Below, piece after piece: positions 12,330-27,705 of a DNA stretch of 64,000 bases; the stretch's first letter is position 1; the number at the start of each line of letters is the position of its first letter. Source of the stretch: Lytechinus pictus (Eukaryota). The DNA lies in the NCBI RefSeq assembly GCF_037042905.1, contig NC_087251.1, positions 7,938,001 to 8,002,000 on the forward strand, read 5' to 3'. The translations under genes were made by a program, and so were the position numbers. A model generated the notes under the pieces. The model saw nothing but the letters and a program-made list of their open reading frames with translations, did no database searches and was not told the DNA's origin.

Positions 12330-15300
12330 GTAAGTAGAACTCATGATTAATGCGTTTGTGTTAACCTGTTATGAAAAAAATTAAAGATAAAGAGATCAAA
12401 ATTCAACATTTTCAAACCTTGTATATTTGCACAGTGCAGTAAACAACCTACCATTGAAGTTGGGAAGATCAATAATGCATCAGATCAGAAACCAAATCAA
12501 TGAGATGGCTCTTTAAAAGTCTTGTTAATGCTACTAAAACCCTATGTATTATGTGACAGGATTATGTGATTTTATTAGCCTTGAGGGGTATGCTCACTTT
12601 CACCAGCAAGTGGAATATGATGTCATTAGACTACCAAGGAATAAGAATTCAAATAAAAACAAAACTACAGTCGAGTGAGATTTCCAGTAGCTTTTAATGG
12701 ATAGACTGAAGTGTGTTGCCATTATGTTTCTGTGAAAGTGTGGCTTGCTGTAGGAAAGGTTTGAACTATCTTTGAGATTAGACATGTTTTGCTTATGATT
12801 ATTTTCAAAAAGTCCTTCACCTAATCTTTTAATATTTTAAACATGTTCAAACTTGTTTTAAGTTAATAAAATTAATTTAATGAATCATTATCAACAAGAG
12901 TGATTTTTTTATTTTATCAGGTAGCAAATAGTGATGCCAAAAAGTTGCTTATTCGGTCAATTGTCTGCTCTGTATGACTCAATTAGATAGATGATTTACA
13001 TGTATAGGGGTGATAAATCATCTTTTTTTACCCTTTAGTCCCATGTGTAGTGATTCATGATAGGGAGATTGTACTATCTCCATAACCAATCAGTTCAAGG
13101 TCCCACAGGTCAATTCCAATAAAGACCACAAGGTCTTGGTGATGATACTTTCTGACTTTCAATTTAAGGTCTTGATTGGCTTCATAGAAACAACGTTTTT
13201 TGAAGAAAAAAAATTAGTTCATATGTAAGGGGCCTATCAGATGTTCATACTCTATACCTTTCAATTCCTTCAATGTCTCCTAATTATTTTGGGCCAGTGG
13301 TATTTTGTACATGCATGTGAGTGATACTTTGACAAGTAGTTTAAAGTTTGGTAGGGAACCTTTTTTAATCAGCCTTATCCTGGAAAATTAAACACAAAAA
13401 ATATTGGACCAAATTCAGGCGGAATTTAAATCTCCTTTGTGAACTCGGGCCACTATGTTGAATTACACTTTAAGAAGGTATTTTGCTCTTTATAGAGTTC
13501 TTCTCCCCATGTCTACATCTTATGAAGATAACATGTGTTGCATGCCAAGGATTAACAAGATTTAGATGTGCTATCATTATGCTGAAAAGGGAAACTCAAG
13601 GTCGTTAAGGTACTGATGTTGTGAGTCTTGTGACATACATTACTAATTATCAGATCAAAATTATCATGATTTTATTCACTCTAATTCTACATCTTATGAT
13701 GATAGTAGGCACGGGCTGTTGGTAGCTTTATGTTTACAAGTAGTGAAGAATCATTGTTTAAATTGACATGTATGATGATTTCTTAACATGACTAATGAAA
13801 TCAAAATAATTGTGAATAAAACACATGAAAAATTCTTAAAACATATTTGGTCAAGTAATGATAACTCACTGCAAAGGTGCACATTTTGTATTATTGGCAT
13901 TCTATATCTTTTGGAAACAATACTGTACATGTATATAGTACATACATTAAAGCAAAATGACTGGATAGTGGATATATTGTCTTAGTCTGAACAAGATAGG
14001 GATTATCTACCAAATACCAATCTTTACTATAATTGTAATTTCTGAATTTATAATGCATAAGGATACAAAGCGTGTGGTGACCATTATGTAGTGTGCATGT
14101 TGAGCAGCAGAACATGAGAAAGTGTGGGAGAAAGGGAAAAGATCTCAAGAAAAGTTGCTGCAAGCTAATTGCATTTTTGTTTATCCTTTTGATTCACCCA
14201 CTGTTTACCAGCCGTATTCTATCACTGCATGCCTTCTGATATTGCAACATTATCCTCCAAGCTTTCTTGTATTACACTACCCTGGCTGAATATGGATCCA
14301 AACATGGTTACTATGGCAACAAGTTATTACCACGCTGTATTCATTGTTCATGGTTGCAGACGATAAATGGTAGTGCGGGATGAACTTAAAGAGTGTTTGC
14401 AGTGAGATATAGATTGAAAGACAATAGATCTGTTACTGGATTGCCGGATGGTTAGGAGAAAGGGTATGATTCATCGCAGAAGAGTCATTACATCACAATA
14501 GACCTCTGGTAAATTGTAGTTTTGTATGAATATGGATGGTTGATTGGTCTTTATTGTATCCAAGGTAGATATCAACTTGGTTTGGTGGAAGCAGGATGAT
14601 GTCATTTTACAATCTAGTTTGAAAAACTGGAATTATATTAAGAAATGATATAATGTCTTAGCTCTACAGAAAGAGTATAGGGAGGATAGGGAAGAGAGAA
14701 GAAGGGGGAGAGAGGGGAGGGGGAGAGAAGGAGGAGAAGAAAGGAAGCAAGGAAGCAGAAGTGCCCTTAAACTTCAGTCCTATACCATTATTTCTTTCTT
14801 TTTCATCAAGCAGGTATCATGGTATGTACTCGATTCTGACTTTGTGAAACATTAAATTTACACATTTCATTAATTTGTCATTGCATAAAAGAAAGTGTGT
14901 ACATGTATGTGATAGAGTGAGAGAATGGGGTTTGAGTAGATGAATAAAAGGTATGAGAAGAGCTGAGTCAGCATGTCATCATATCAATAGCTTGGAAGTA
15001 GAAAGGAGGTAAGTCACTTCACAAGATAGACTACAAAAACCTTCTGTCTCTCACCAATGGTGTATCTTTCATGTAAATTTAGCAGAAACCTTTCAAAAGA
15101 CATCGACGTTATTACATGTGTCTGTTGTATTTCAATGATGCACCCATGAAAATGTGAGGATTTCCCTCAATTTTATTCATGAAATCAAGAAGTTCCTTGT
15201 TGAAAGCCACACCAGGAAAATAACTGACTGAAATAGAACAAATATATAAAATGTTACATTATATGAAATACTGCTCAGTGCAATGACGGTTATATATTTT

Positions 15301-17149
15301 TTTGGGGTGTAGAGCTATGTTACTGGAATATTGTTAACATTGGAATACAATGATTGAGTAATTATAAAGTGAATCGACAGTCTACCCAAAAAATTATGAA
15401 ATGAGTCATTACAAAAATGAAGCAAAATTATCTGTAAAAAGTTTAAACATGGAGTGAAGAAGCATCAAGTACAAATCCAGGATTAATGATTTATCGGATG
15501 ACTTGGATTTTCCTTTTTACCAAAGAATATGAATTATAAAATAAAAAGTACGTGGATTATATTTCAGACCTACAACCTAAGAAGAAAAAAAAAAGAAACT
15601 AATTAATATTATAAGAATGATATGAGAGCATATATCTTTCCATTTATCAGAAAAATAGAAATTGTTTAAGTTCATACCTGATGAAAACCCAAGAAATTCG
15701 ATACACTTGTATTATAACAGATTATGTGATGAAGTTAAAGCCACGTCCTTTGGGTATATACCTGTTCTTATAATGCCACTGTGTAATGTCATGTTACAAG
15801 AATGAGAATATGATTTTATTCATGATTCATCCGCGATAATGTCAATATCAATGCTGTTTCTCTGTTTGAAGATGGTAAGGATACATCCATGGGAGTTTGG
15901 TTAGAGTCTACATTAATACAAGTCATACTATGGCTGTGTCTATTTACAATGCTTTTAGTGTACCCCCATCCCTCAAGGTGTCACACACATAAAAGAAACT
16001 TTTATCAAAATGCTGTTTGATGGAACATGACATCATGAGGATGTGTGTCTCGATCAATGCAGGTGAACATTTTTAAAGAGCTGCATGTACCTGACTTACA
16101 TTGATGAATCCAATTTTATATTTACAAAATCTTCATTCAAGAGATGATGTGGAAGAACTGTACTATTACTGTTCATCTTGGCAATCATCAGAGCCTTATA
16201 TATTTTCATGATGAAATGTGAATCTATTTCTATCTTTCTACTTATACCTGAATGTCAATCAGAAAGTTTTGTAGTCTATTTAGTTATTCCATTATGAATA
16301 GGATATAGACAAGAAAGGGTTATGTATTAAAGCTATATCCAGTGAAATAAACTGGGTTAAATGACTGCACATTTTTTTGGGGGGGGATGCAAACCTTTAC
16401 ACTAAAATCAAATTAATGAATTAAGTTGACATTGAAATACAAAATAAAAGGAGTAAGTCTTTATTTATTTTTTAATCAAATTTTAATTTTCATGCAATAG
16501 ATCAAATCAAACTAAGCTTTTCAATATTTCAATTATATTTAGTTATTAATCAAAAGCCATTGTCTGACAGCGCTTTGTTGATAAGCGAATATGTTGTAGG
16601 ATCAAAGGATTAGTTGTTTATTCAATTTTTCAGAATAATTGGAAACTGGATGCATACATGTTGTATCTAGTACTACTGTTGGATAGCTTGAGGTACTGTA
16701 TACATGTACAGGGATAATGAATTTTAAATGAGTAGCCTAACTGATGAATAGGGGTAGGCATATTGCTAAATTAACAAGTATCTTTGTTTGCATTTTGTAT
16801 TCCAGGGTGAGCTGTTTGTATCATGCACCATGCATTAGATTTCATTCGTTTACCCCCCACCCCACCTCTGTGTGTCCATCTCTCTCTCTCTCTCTCTCTC
16901 ACACACCCACGCACACACCCTCACACCCACACTCCCCTTCCACTTCCCCTTTACTTTTATGCTGTATTTTATTCTTTCTTTTCAATTTTAGGGGGTTCAC
17001 AATTGAGGAAAAAGTAAAAGGCCACAAAAATATCAAAGGCCAATGTGAGGGTAATTATAAGGCCAATCAATACTGCATTCAACTCTATGACTTGGTGTCC
17101 TTCAATTAGATAGTCCTGACATGTTCCAATTTTGGAATTTTACCATCTC

Positions 17150-17605
17150 CTAACATGATGAGTATTCCTCTTGCTATCATTCTTTCTTATTCTTTTTCAA
17201 TATTCCCTTACTGTCCTCTTCCGTTTCCATCTCCATATGTTTTCTAATTTCTCACATTATTCTCACCCTATACCCTCTTCAACTCTCCCTCAACTGTCCT
17301 TCAGCTAAACCTCCCCCCTTCACACTTTTACTCCCTATCTCATCTACTTTGATCTTTCTCCCTCCCTTTGTCATCCACCCCCTCAGAACAAATCCTCAAC
17401 CAACTTCCCTCTCCCTTCTCCCGACCATCCTTCATTTTCTCTCCCCATCCCTCTTGCATCCCTTTAGCCCCCTCTCCTCCTCGTATCTTCTTCCATATCC
17501 TTCTCTCCATCTATCACCCCCCCTCCCCTTGCTCATCCTCTCTCACCCCCTGGGCTTTTCATACCCCAGTCTTCCCCAATCCCCAGTTTGCCATCTCCAT
17601 CTTTT
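17150..17605 (+). repeat. Long pyrimidine-rich low-complexity tract
   Basis: About 450 bp strongly dominated by C and T on the + strand. It explains the spurious Pro/Ser/Leu-rich ORFs here. Confidence 0.8.
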
Positions 17606-20600
17606 GAGTGAGTCACTCAAGCCTTCACTTGTTGACCAATATATCTCAGCTATAGACACAAGGGAATGATATTTCATTATTATCATATGAATTATTTAAT
17701 TAGGTCGGGCGCAACTGTCAATTAAAATAGAGACAACTCAATCTTGGGTCAATGATTGCCGTAGGAATCTATGAAAACCTACTTAATGTCGTCAGGGTTG
17801 AAGAGAATCCGCCAAGCGATAAATATCTCGACCAAAAATCAGTGTGGTGGAATTTATATCCTCAAATATGATGCATACTTCTACTGTGTGGGAAATGAGG
17901 ATGGAACATCTTATTATTTGATCAATTGAACTTAACAATAAAATACTGATTTACGTAGTCCCTTTTAGATCAATCTTGAAGGTGTACAATATGATAAGTT
18001 GCTGGTATTTATTTATTTTATTATCCGTACCTATATCCAGTTGTTTAAACTGTATTCATCGTCCAGTTCTTTGATATATTTGTCGAATTTATTTCCATAT
18101 TTTAGTTCAAATTTACATTTGCTATCCATATACTAGTATTGAATTACATGTTAATTAGAACAGTACTATTCTTAACTTACAATTGTGAAGTCATAAAAAT
18201 GTGAATCCAATAATTCTCTTAAAAAAATAAATTACATGAATTCACAGAACAGAATACTTTTCAATTTATTACCAAACATATTTTTGTAATAAATTTCAAT
18301 TTGTCGAGCCCTTGGAAATTTAGTTACTGATGAGAGATGGGTATTGGCAATTTAGAATGAATGAAATTGAAGTAAGAATTTGAATACTGTTTTCAACTTG
18401 AAAACCTAAATATCCAATTTGTTTCAAATCATACTGACAAATCAATGCAGTAATACCGGGAGTGTGATCTCTTCTAAATCCTTCGCATGTTACCATCTTA
18501 GTGATTGACTATCACGCATGATTGATATTATTGATTGGCAGTTTATTTTTGTGTATCTTGATCTGGCTTGTTCTTCCTTTGAAGTGGTATGCATTAAAGG
18601 ACATCTTGATTCTATTATTCCTTTGCATTTACTTTTAAAATTCAGATATGAGCCTTAATAATTTACAAGACAGAATAGAATATGAAATCTCTGCTTGTAG
18701 TACCAATAAGAAAAAAAAGTTCTATATTTCCTGCATTTTATTGCGATTTGTTGTTCAATTTTTCACTTAGTCAATTTAAAACAGGAGCCATTTTGTCATG
18801 TGTGACCCCCAAGCATTTTGGTTGTGCCAGTAACAAACAATAGTAATTTTAATAGTCTCATCTGCAGAGGTCAGCTTATATGCCTAGATACTCTAACATA
18901 CGGGTATACACCCATAGCAGGCTTACTGAGTGGGAAGATGCATAATTTGAATACCCACTAATGAAGTGTTACAACCAATGATTCATACACTTGAAGTACA
19001 GTCATTAGCAGTTTGATTTACACCTACATGTATTCATTGAACATAATGAGTGTGTTTTCTACATTTGATAAATTTTTATGATAACTATAGTCTATTGCAA
19101 GAATGCATAAAATTCCTTTTTATAAATTACGATACTATTCCTGATTTGTTGAATCTTAGTGAATACAATTTGTTTAAAATGAAATATCAAATAAGATTGC
19201 TCAATTTTTTTAAACAAATTACAAAGAATACTTCCTATTCACATGTATGTTCAAATGACTAAAATGAAGCCTACATAGTCAGATTAGAGATTGGTGCATC
19301 CTCAGATTAAAATACTGAGAGAATTAGATGGAAGACTGATAAAGATTGAAATAAACATAATTAAATCAAATTTAATCATGATGAATTGCAAAATGATGAT
19401 CATCGAGATAGGTTCTTCTCATTTGATATTACTCTGTTGAAACATGTTTCCCTTTCTTAAATTCAAAATATTCAAAGCAAAAAAAAAGGAAGAAATCATA
19501 TATTTCCAGAATAGACAACATGTATACACTACTTTCAATAGAAATAGATGGGTATTTACACAGAGAAGCATTTTGAGGTACCCTCTTGAGATACCGTTGA
19601 TGGGAGAAATAGAAGCAAAGGAGAGAACTGGGTCACCATCCAGTAGCTCTGAAGTCGCTGTCCTACTCTAAATGGCAATTTCTTGTGAATCTCATAACCA
19701 TGAGTGCAGGTGGGTAAAGAGAGCTGTGGCATTCAGGAATGACCAGAGATATTGAAATTCATGTAAGAATTAAGGACCTATTTTGACTTTCATATGGACA
19801 TGGCTGGCTTGATGGTTGAAGTGATTTTATTGCTTTGTGGGAGCCAGGCTGTACTCTAGATGAAGCCAAATAACAAATTTGGTATTAAAATGGGAATATT
19901 TGCTTGCCAGGTAAAAAAGGAAAACATCTCATGACTTGGATTTTTTCATTAGATTTATCTTGAGGTACCATTTATGACATTCATTAGTTTGACTCACAGT
20001 TCTCAAGTATTCTCCGGAAAGTTATTCTCACTTTTGAACATTTTTTAAAAATAGAACTGTGCTATCAATATAAAATGTGCAGACATGAGTATGATGCTGC
20101 AAATTGTATGGTCATCATCATGTTTTATGAAGCATTATTCACCTGTCTATGAAATAGATCTCATTTCAATTTCTAAGAGGGGTTGGAATTAATTAAAATT
20201 TAAATATTTTACCATGTTGTAGGTTTAAGCTGCTCATAATCTACAATAATCCTGTAATCATGAAGCCTCTGCATTATAATCAGTTCAGATCTTCAGATGA
20301 TAGCACTGCTGATAAGAACTGTATTCATCTTGATCAATGATCTGTCTGTTGAGAAAATAAATTTAAATAAAATTCATGAGATAAGTTTTTTTGTTTCATT
20401 GACTTTATTTGTAAAACTCATAGTCACTCACACTATATTATAGCCGAGTCATTGAAGAAAATACTTCACATTTTTTAAAATGATCTGTTATTTATATTTC
20501 TCCTTCTAAAGTGGCATAAAAAATTCCATGATTTATATGACCAGGTGCTGTTTCATATAACTGTATTAAAAACAATGTTTCTATTTGCGATGCTTGTTTT

Positions 20601-22005
20601 TTTTTTTGGTATGGCTACATGTATATTCCAATATTGATGAAATTCCTATGCGGTAAGGTGTATGCAAAATAATTTGAACAATTAGCAATATTTGGTTATT
20701 TCAATTTTGATTTTAATTACTTGATGAAAAATCATTGAGTAAAAATAATTTAGAGACCAGTTTGGCTTACCATATTCCATTCATTTATAAAACTAACTAT
20801 AACTGTATGGTAAGCTTTGTGGCACAGCCCCTATTATACATTCAAAGTTCATTCATCAGTTTGCATTCAAAGCAAACTTATTGGATGAGGCAGAATGAAG
20901 GATCGTCTAAATGATGTTTTTTATCTGACGAACGGGATGGTTGCGGTGAGAAATTTGATATTCCCTGATGTAAAGAAAGAAGTTGTCCTTAAATGCTGCA
21001 TAACCCATACACAAACTATCTAGATCAATCCACATTATCTCATGCATAATCTATTGACTTGCCATGGTAACTGGTCATTTTAGAAGAGACTTGAAACTCC
21101 TTTGAGCCTCATTATCATATAAATTTTCAAGTTGTACGGGTACTCAAAGTTATCTGGGAATTGCCTTTCTAGAATGAAGAAGTGATGAGATTTAGTGACG
21201 AATTTGTAAGAATCATGGAAGTTTGAATAAAGATGTCTTACTGCTGTTCTGAACTGACTGTGCCTAATATAACTTTATAAGCTAGACACATTTGCGATAT
21301 GAAAATATCTTCTTTTTTCTTGGAAAAAATTAACACATGTGTGAAGTAACATTAAAATGAAATAGAATGCATTCTTTAAAGATTGGCTTAGTCAAAGGAA
21401 TTGTCCCATATGAGTGTATTGCTATCACATTTATTTGGTAAAGAGCAAAATATAACTTGTTTATTGATGAGATTGCTATTAGTTGCTAGGATACACCATT
21501 TAGGGAGCTTTCTACTTGAGGGAAGATCAGATTTATGATTCATCTTGACCGATGAAACACGCAAATGATACGGCACTTGAAGCACCTCTTGGGAGAAACA
21601 GAATATTAAGGATGTCATCCAGATAGTTTATTTATATAATGTTGACACATAAACACATTATTTGGTCCTTTTTTCTATTGTCTAATTCTAGACTATTTGT
21701 CATTACAAAGTTTTTTAATAAGCAGATGTCCATCTTTCTTATTCACTTTCAAAATGATGATAAATACTGCCCAATTATTTCACTGGGTGTTTTTCATCCT
21801 TTCATCTAACCAGCATTTCACACATATTAGTATTCATTCCACAACCACTGCCTACTCTCGTGCAAAGTTCACTGTTTGAATTGTTATTTGCATCTACTCA
21901 ATATTGTCCAGATTCCTCGCTATACCTTGAATACTCTCAGGACACACCTCTTTATTAACATTTTGACAGTGGTTGCTTCGTTTCTACACCAATTCATCTC
22001 AAATC

Positions 22006-22147
22006 TGGGTAGAGTTTCATGAAAGGTTTTGTCACTGATTTTTACCGACAGATGTTATAAGCTACTGCGAATCCCTGCATCTCATGCAGGGCTGAGAGCA
22101 TATCAGTCAATGAAAATCACAGACAAAACTTTCATGAAATGCTCCCA
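22006..22147. mobile_element. Short degenerate palindromic MITE-like repeat
   Basis: Left TTTCATGAAAGGTTTTGTCACTGATTTT is an imperfect inverted repeat of right AAAATCACAGACAAAACTTTCATGAAA. Confidence 0.55.
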
Positions 22148-23785
22148 TGTTCTTAATCTTGATTGCTGCTCTTTTCTTGTCTTTCTGTGTTTCCCACTTA
22201 TTATTTAGACATTAAAGCGTGTCGTTTTTTGTTTTTTTCTTTCTTTCTTTTTATCTCGATGTATATTAGTGATGAAATTTCCAATGATGCGATATGTCTT
22301 CTGCTTGTTTTTTTTTTTTTTTTATTCCAAAATTAAATTTATTAGTACTGTGTGATACATTCCCTTATGTTTTAACGATCTTTCATCTTTTTTTAAAAAT
22401 GTTTTTACTTTGTATTTGTTCCTTTTTTCTGTATCTCATAATGACCTGTTACTATGTTTTTCGTATATTGTATGATTTTTAATGCTGATCAGGCCACTCT
22501 GTATAAATATTCGAGAATAAATAAATAAATGTTGTGATGCCAGAAATTAGTCCTATTCACACATGGTAAACTAAAACGTGATATATTCCAGTAATAACCT
22601 TTTCCCTCAAACATTCATTTTAAAATAGATATGTTCCTAGAAATCTGTAGACAGGAATTATGTGTAAAGTCTGTGAACACAGAAATGATAAGAAAACACT
22701 GTTGTGTGTGTGTTTTGCAGGTCATCTTAATCTTAATTTGATTTCTTCCAACATGCCTAAAACCATTAAAATGACAGTAAATAGTAAAACATGTCACATG
22801 AAAAAAATATTTGATATTACAACTTTCTTGAAGTGACTATGGAACTATAAGTCAAAGCTAACAGGGCTCATTTATCTATACATACATGTATCCACTGGTA
22901 CAACTAATGTACAAATCTAAAATGCTCTACCCTAGGAACGTTGGCTGTACACTACACGTATCACTACACCTATTTCCCTAGGGCCTATAGCTATAGCTCA
23001 TTTGCAATGCACCACTAAATCACCTTTTCCTTGTTAGCCTCTGCTTGACCATGTCAGTGGCCATCCCATTGATAATGGATGGTCACTCCTCACCTTTTCA
23101 TCTAGAGCTATTGTTAGATTAGACCCCTTTCACATATCACATTACTCTCAAGCGCTATATGATTTTAAGAGCATGTATTATCCTGTATATGCAGTACTTT
23201 TAGCTTTAAGAGAATGAAGGAATGTATTTTCTTTTTTATGTTGAATGATTTTTATATCTTTATCATTTAATTTTGTTTTCATTATTCTCCAATCATATAT
23301 TACAGACAGTACTTTGTTGTACCTTCTTAAATAATATTATTTGCAAACAGTCTACTGTTTGTTTATAAAATCTTCAGAAAACTGCTCATAATTATGTATT
23401 TCATAATTCATAAATATCATTACTGGCCCTTAATTCTCTTGTTAATGTTATTTCCTTGTAAATTGGATTTCTTTCTCAAGATGCACTCACATATTTCTTT
23501 TCCATGGACAATTCTTGTAAATTCTGGTCTGCTATCACTATTACTATACAGCCTTAGTAACCCTCATTTGCAAGTTTGCTATAGAAGAAATCTAGTCAAA
23601 ATACAATTTCTGTTGGCCTCGGCTTAAGAAAATCTTATTGATTTATCAATTGATAGTTCTGTTTTCAAAAGAATATTAAGTGAAAATATAACCTGGATAC
23701 ATGTGATGAGATGCCCAAAGGGGGTCACTGGTATGTATCAGATCCATGTTTCAAATAACCTGTTATGAATAACAAATGCATGGTT

Positions 23786-24106
23786 TGTCTGACAAATTTA
23801 TATTGGCCAATCAAATGTCATTATTTCTGTAGCATGTAAGTGATGTCTTAATTTGTCAGAGATATATGAAAAGGGACCATTGTCATGGTACTTGTAATCA
23901 TACTTCAGGAGCATTACCTGTTTGTTACTGAGGACAGGTTTTATGTAATATATAAGGCCCAGAGCCCTAGTATTTCAAGTAACAATTATTGATTGTCTGA
24001 CAAATTTATATTGGCCAATCAGATGTCACTATTTCTTTTATAGCATGTACATATAGCTGATATCTTAATTTGATAGAGATACCCTGTTTTATGAAAAGGA
24101 ACCATT
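23786..24106. repeat. Two diverged direct copies of an approximately 100-bp unit
   Basis: GTCTGACAAATTTATATTGGCCAATCA...ATGAAAAGG(G/A)ACCATT occurs at about 23786 and again at about 23995. Confidence 0.7.
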
Positions 24107-24438
24107 TTCATTTCTGTAAAGATTTGCGTTCGGTTTACAAGGCCTAGATGCATCCATTAAGTAATTCATTAGTTCATATCTGCAGTAGATTAATGACCAG
24201 GAAAGAGATCATATCTAGGACTGTTCCCAATTATATGGAATATCATTCATTATGAAATTTTCATGCATCTTTTCTTTGTATAATGAATACATAAATTATT
24301 GATGGTAGGTCTAGTGTTTATCTTATAGAATTATTTAATCATATTTATAAACCTGCATGTTGGAATGTTATATTGAGTTCCAAGTCCCTGCTATGCAGCC
24401 ATTACAAAATCATACAGAGAGAGTTTTCTAGTATCTAA

Positions 24439-25248
24439 GGCTGCGTTTATGCGACCTCAAGTCAGAATCATGATTTGAATCATGATTCAAAACACAAACA
24501 TGAATCACAATATCACAGAATCAGCGTTTAGACGACCTTCATTCCAATGCTGTTTCTCCTCAGATTCGGGCCAATCCAGTGCGCATCACTAGTGCGCAGT
24601 TTGACAAAGGAAGTTTTTCGCACGTGTTTCGGCTCTCGAAAAATCTTTTGCTTCCAGAATTCAGTCTATACCTCATTTTGTTTACTTCTATCATATAGGG
24701 TCCATATGCTTCTATTCATTTTGTTAGTTCATCCAAAATGGTGTTCGGAAGTGAATTTCAGCGTAGATCCAATTTAATATTGATACTGTATACTCAACAA
24801 CAACTGAGATCATTGTCTGTCCAGTTGATTCATTTACTAGAACTTGAAGTTGAAGACATGACCAAAAAATGAAAAGTAGTGGATGATGCGATGACCAACA
24901 CAGAACTTGAACATGACAAGAAATGCATGCGTAGTACATAATCATGTACATACAATGAGCATATAGAGCGCATTGAGCTTGGCAAGAGTCAAACCGAAAG
25001 TAGCCCGACACAACAGTGAGGTCATAGAATCATGATTGTAATCACGATATCGTTTATTCGAACATTTTTGTACGTGATTCTGCAGAAACGTCTTTCCAAA
25101 CGCCTCTTTTTTCGTGTTTCATGTTTGTGATTCTAATCATGATTATATTCAATTTCGACTAAACGCAATCGTGATTCTGCAGAATCATGATTTGAATCAT
25201 GATTCAGATCATGATTCTAGGGTAAAAAAGTGGCGGATAAACGCACCC
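24439..25248. mobile_element. PIF/Harbinger-type MITE family D, copy 1
   Basis: TAA|GGCTGCGTTTAT...ATAAACGCACCC|TAA; reiterated subterminal AATCA(T/C)GATT palindromes. Confidence 0.85.
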
Positions 25249-25514
25249 TAAATTATATGCAATTTGTAAAGGCACAGTTGTAGGTCAACCCTATGAGTTG
25301 GTTGTAAGGTCAGTTACGTGTAGGGTAAGATCCATATGTACTTGTTTCATGATCAATTCCATTATTAATGAGAGTGGTCAGTGAAGAGTGTCCCTCTCAC
25401 CGCTTAGAGTGCTCAGAAGGACTTCAAGTGATATGTGATACCAGGTCCAAGATACTTTTGGATCCTTCAGTGCACATCGTAATCAGATGACACTCCCCCT
25501 TTCTTTTCAATCAA

Positions 25515-25835
25515 GAGGTGTAGTGGATCAGTGGACTGTGTATCTTAAGTCTGGGGTTCAAGTCCAATCCCACAATATTAGTGTCCTATGGAAAGAACAC
25601 TCAAATGTGAATTTGGTTCCCTATAAATCAGCTATAATGCAAGAGTACATGTACTTTGTTGAGCAATATGAGTTCTATTTTTTAATGTAGTATTAGTGGA
25701 GGATGTGTGAACATTATGTGAATTTGAATTTGAATGACCTGGAAGTATCTACCTGTGAAGTGTGAGGTGCACTGTCAGTATTAAAATGCAGTGCTGTATA
25801 AAATAGGAATAATATAATTATTCTTATTATTGTTA
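25515..25835 (+). mobile_element. Degenerate tRNA-derived SINE-like sequence
   Basis: B-box-like GGTTCAAGTCC at 25555-25565, a weak A-box upstream and an AT-rich (TTA)n-like tail. Confidence 0.4.
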
Positions 25836-27705
25836 TGAATTAAATTGAGATTTATTTTGTGATTTATTCACAATTTTGGGGGATCCTTGCTTCTTTATTT
25901 GATACAGTGAGCTTGAATTTATAAATGTGATGAAAAACTGAAAAACTACACTTTCATCCCCTTAATTTATATAAGATTCATGAAAGCTTGTAAACTTTTT
26001 AATCAAAACAATTTCTGAGATTTTTCTGTCTTGTCACTGGAAAGCAGTCACAAGCTAAATAAGTTAGATCAGAGCAGTTTCATATAACTCACCATGTTTC
26101 CTTTGAATAATTTAGGATTAAGAAGTGTGAACACACCTATCATTGGCTTGGTTCTCACTAGACTGTCTCTGACTCATTGAAGTAACCCAGGCGAACTACT
26201 TCACCTTGCACTGTAGCTAACACGGAGAATTGATTTTATAAATGAGCTTCTTGAATTATGCGACAGGTGGATTGCTAGTGGGATGGGACATTCAACCTTC
26301 ATTCATCAAGTTGATAGGCTAGATGGCAATTTTGGCCTACATTGATATGTTTGCCATCAATGTTAATTGATGCAATTAAAGTTTCTTTCACTGCAATACA
26401 TACTGTATCACTGAATGTGTACAGTACTACCATCTCCTTAGTAAAAATACTCATACTCCAGGATTCCAGAATCTTGATATTGTTCTCCTCTTCCAGAAAG
26501 GTAAAAGAGTGAAAAACTTTCTTTAAAAGACACACTTCATGCAGTATGCAAGGAGAATAATTAGTTCTCAACTTCTTTAAGGAAGTAGAATCCCTGCTCG
26601 ATAGTGTCTCATGATTATGAATTGTTCACATTTGAATAATCATTTTTTTCTATATTATGTTGTGTATTCTGAATTTTGTGTATGCGATAATTCGCAAATC
26701 TTGAGGAAACAGTTTTGGGGCTAAAATCAACAGGGTTTTTTTCAGTGTTTTTACTTTAATAGCTTTGTTGTTTTGTTTGTTTGATTCCGTAAAATTTTAG
26801 CAATATGATTCAAGATACGAAATGGATAATTTTTATTTGTGCCTGATATGATTGATGTTTTAGTTTTTAATTTTATTTTTTTCAATCTTTGCAATTATTT
26901 TTTTTTGTATGATTTTCTCAATTTATCCTCTATTCAGTTTATTGATGCTTTTTCCAGTATTATTTTTATGCACTTTGTAGTTTGCTCAATGCTCAAATAA
27001 TGCCCTAGGTTTTAATACCGTAATAGTGTGTTAATATAAATCATACAACACTTATTTAGCCTCATTTTATATTTGCCCAAGACTGCAATTCATTTTTAGT
27101 GCTCTTTTACAAAATAATTCATCATTGTCTTTTAAGATGAGAAAATTAATTGCCATTGACTGTTTAATGTCAATCATGTCAATCAATATCTCTGTATAAA
27201 TCTCTACAGGGCAATTTACATCATTGCCCACTTGAACTTAACATGCAAATGAAAGAAATGCATTGACTCTCATGAAGTCACTTGCTAAGAAGTGCCAACC
27301 TTTCAAAGACATTCAAGAGAGACTTGAGTGAAGTTTGCCTTAGGTTTGTGCATTGTGATGAGCAGTCCAGGGCTGGTAACTTGCCCAGATTTCTTCTTAG
27401 ATTCCTATCAGCATTTCACCATATGGAATGGATGGTTTTAATATGTTATACAAAGAAAATGGCTTATAGAATGCTTAGCACTGGCTTGAATAATGTTCTC
27501 TTGGGCTTTGAGATGTGTGTAAGCAAGTCAGAATCTGATATTTCTAGTGCACTCGGAGATATCGCAGTAATAGAAGACCATAAGAATAGAAAGTTATTTT
27601 TTGTAAATTATATTTTATATGAAAATTATAATACCTGTATGTAATACTTTTTGACCTAACTAGATATTTCGTAGGAATTTCTTCAAAATTGCAGTGTTGC
27701 TTTAA

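Noticed and set aside
20905..21260. Possible C/D box snoRNAs (TGATG...CTGA pairs)
   Set aside because: Boxes are degenerate, with no terminal stems and no rRNA-complementary guide that I could identify.
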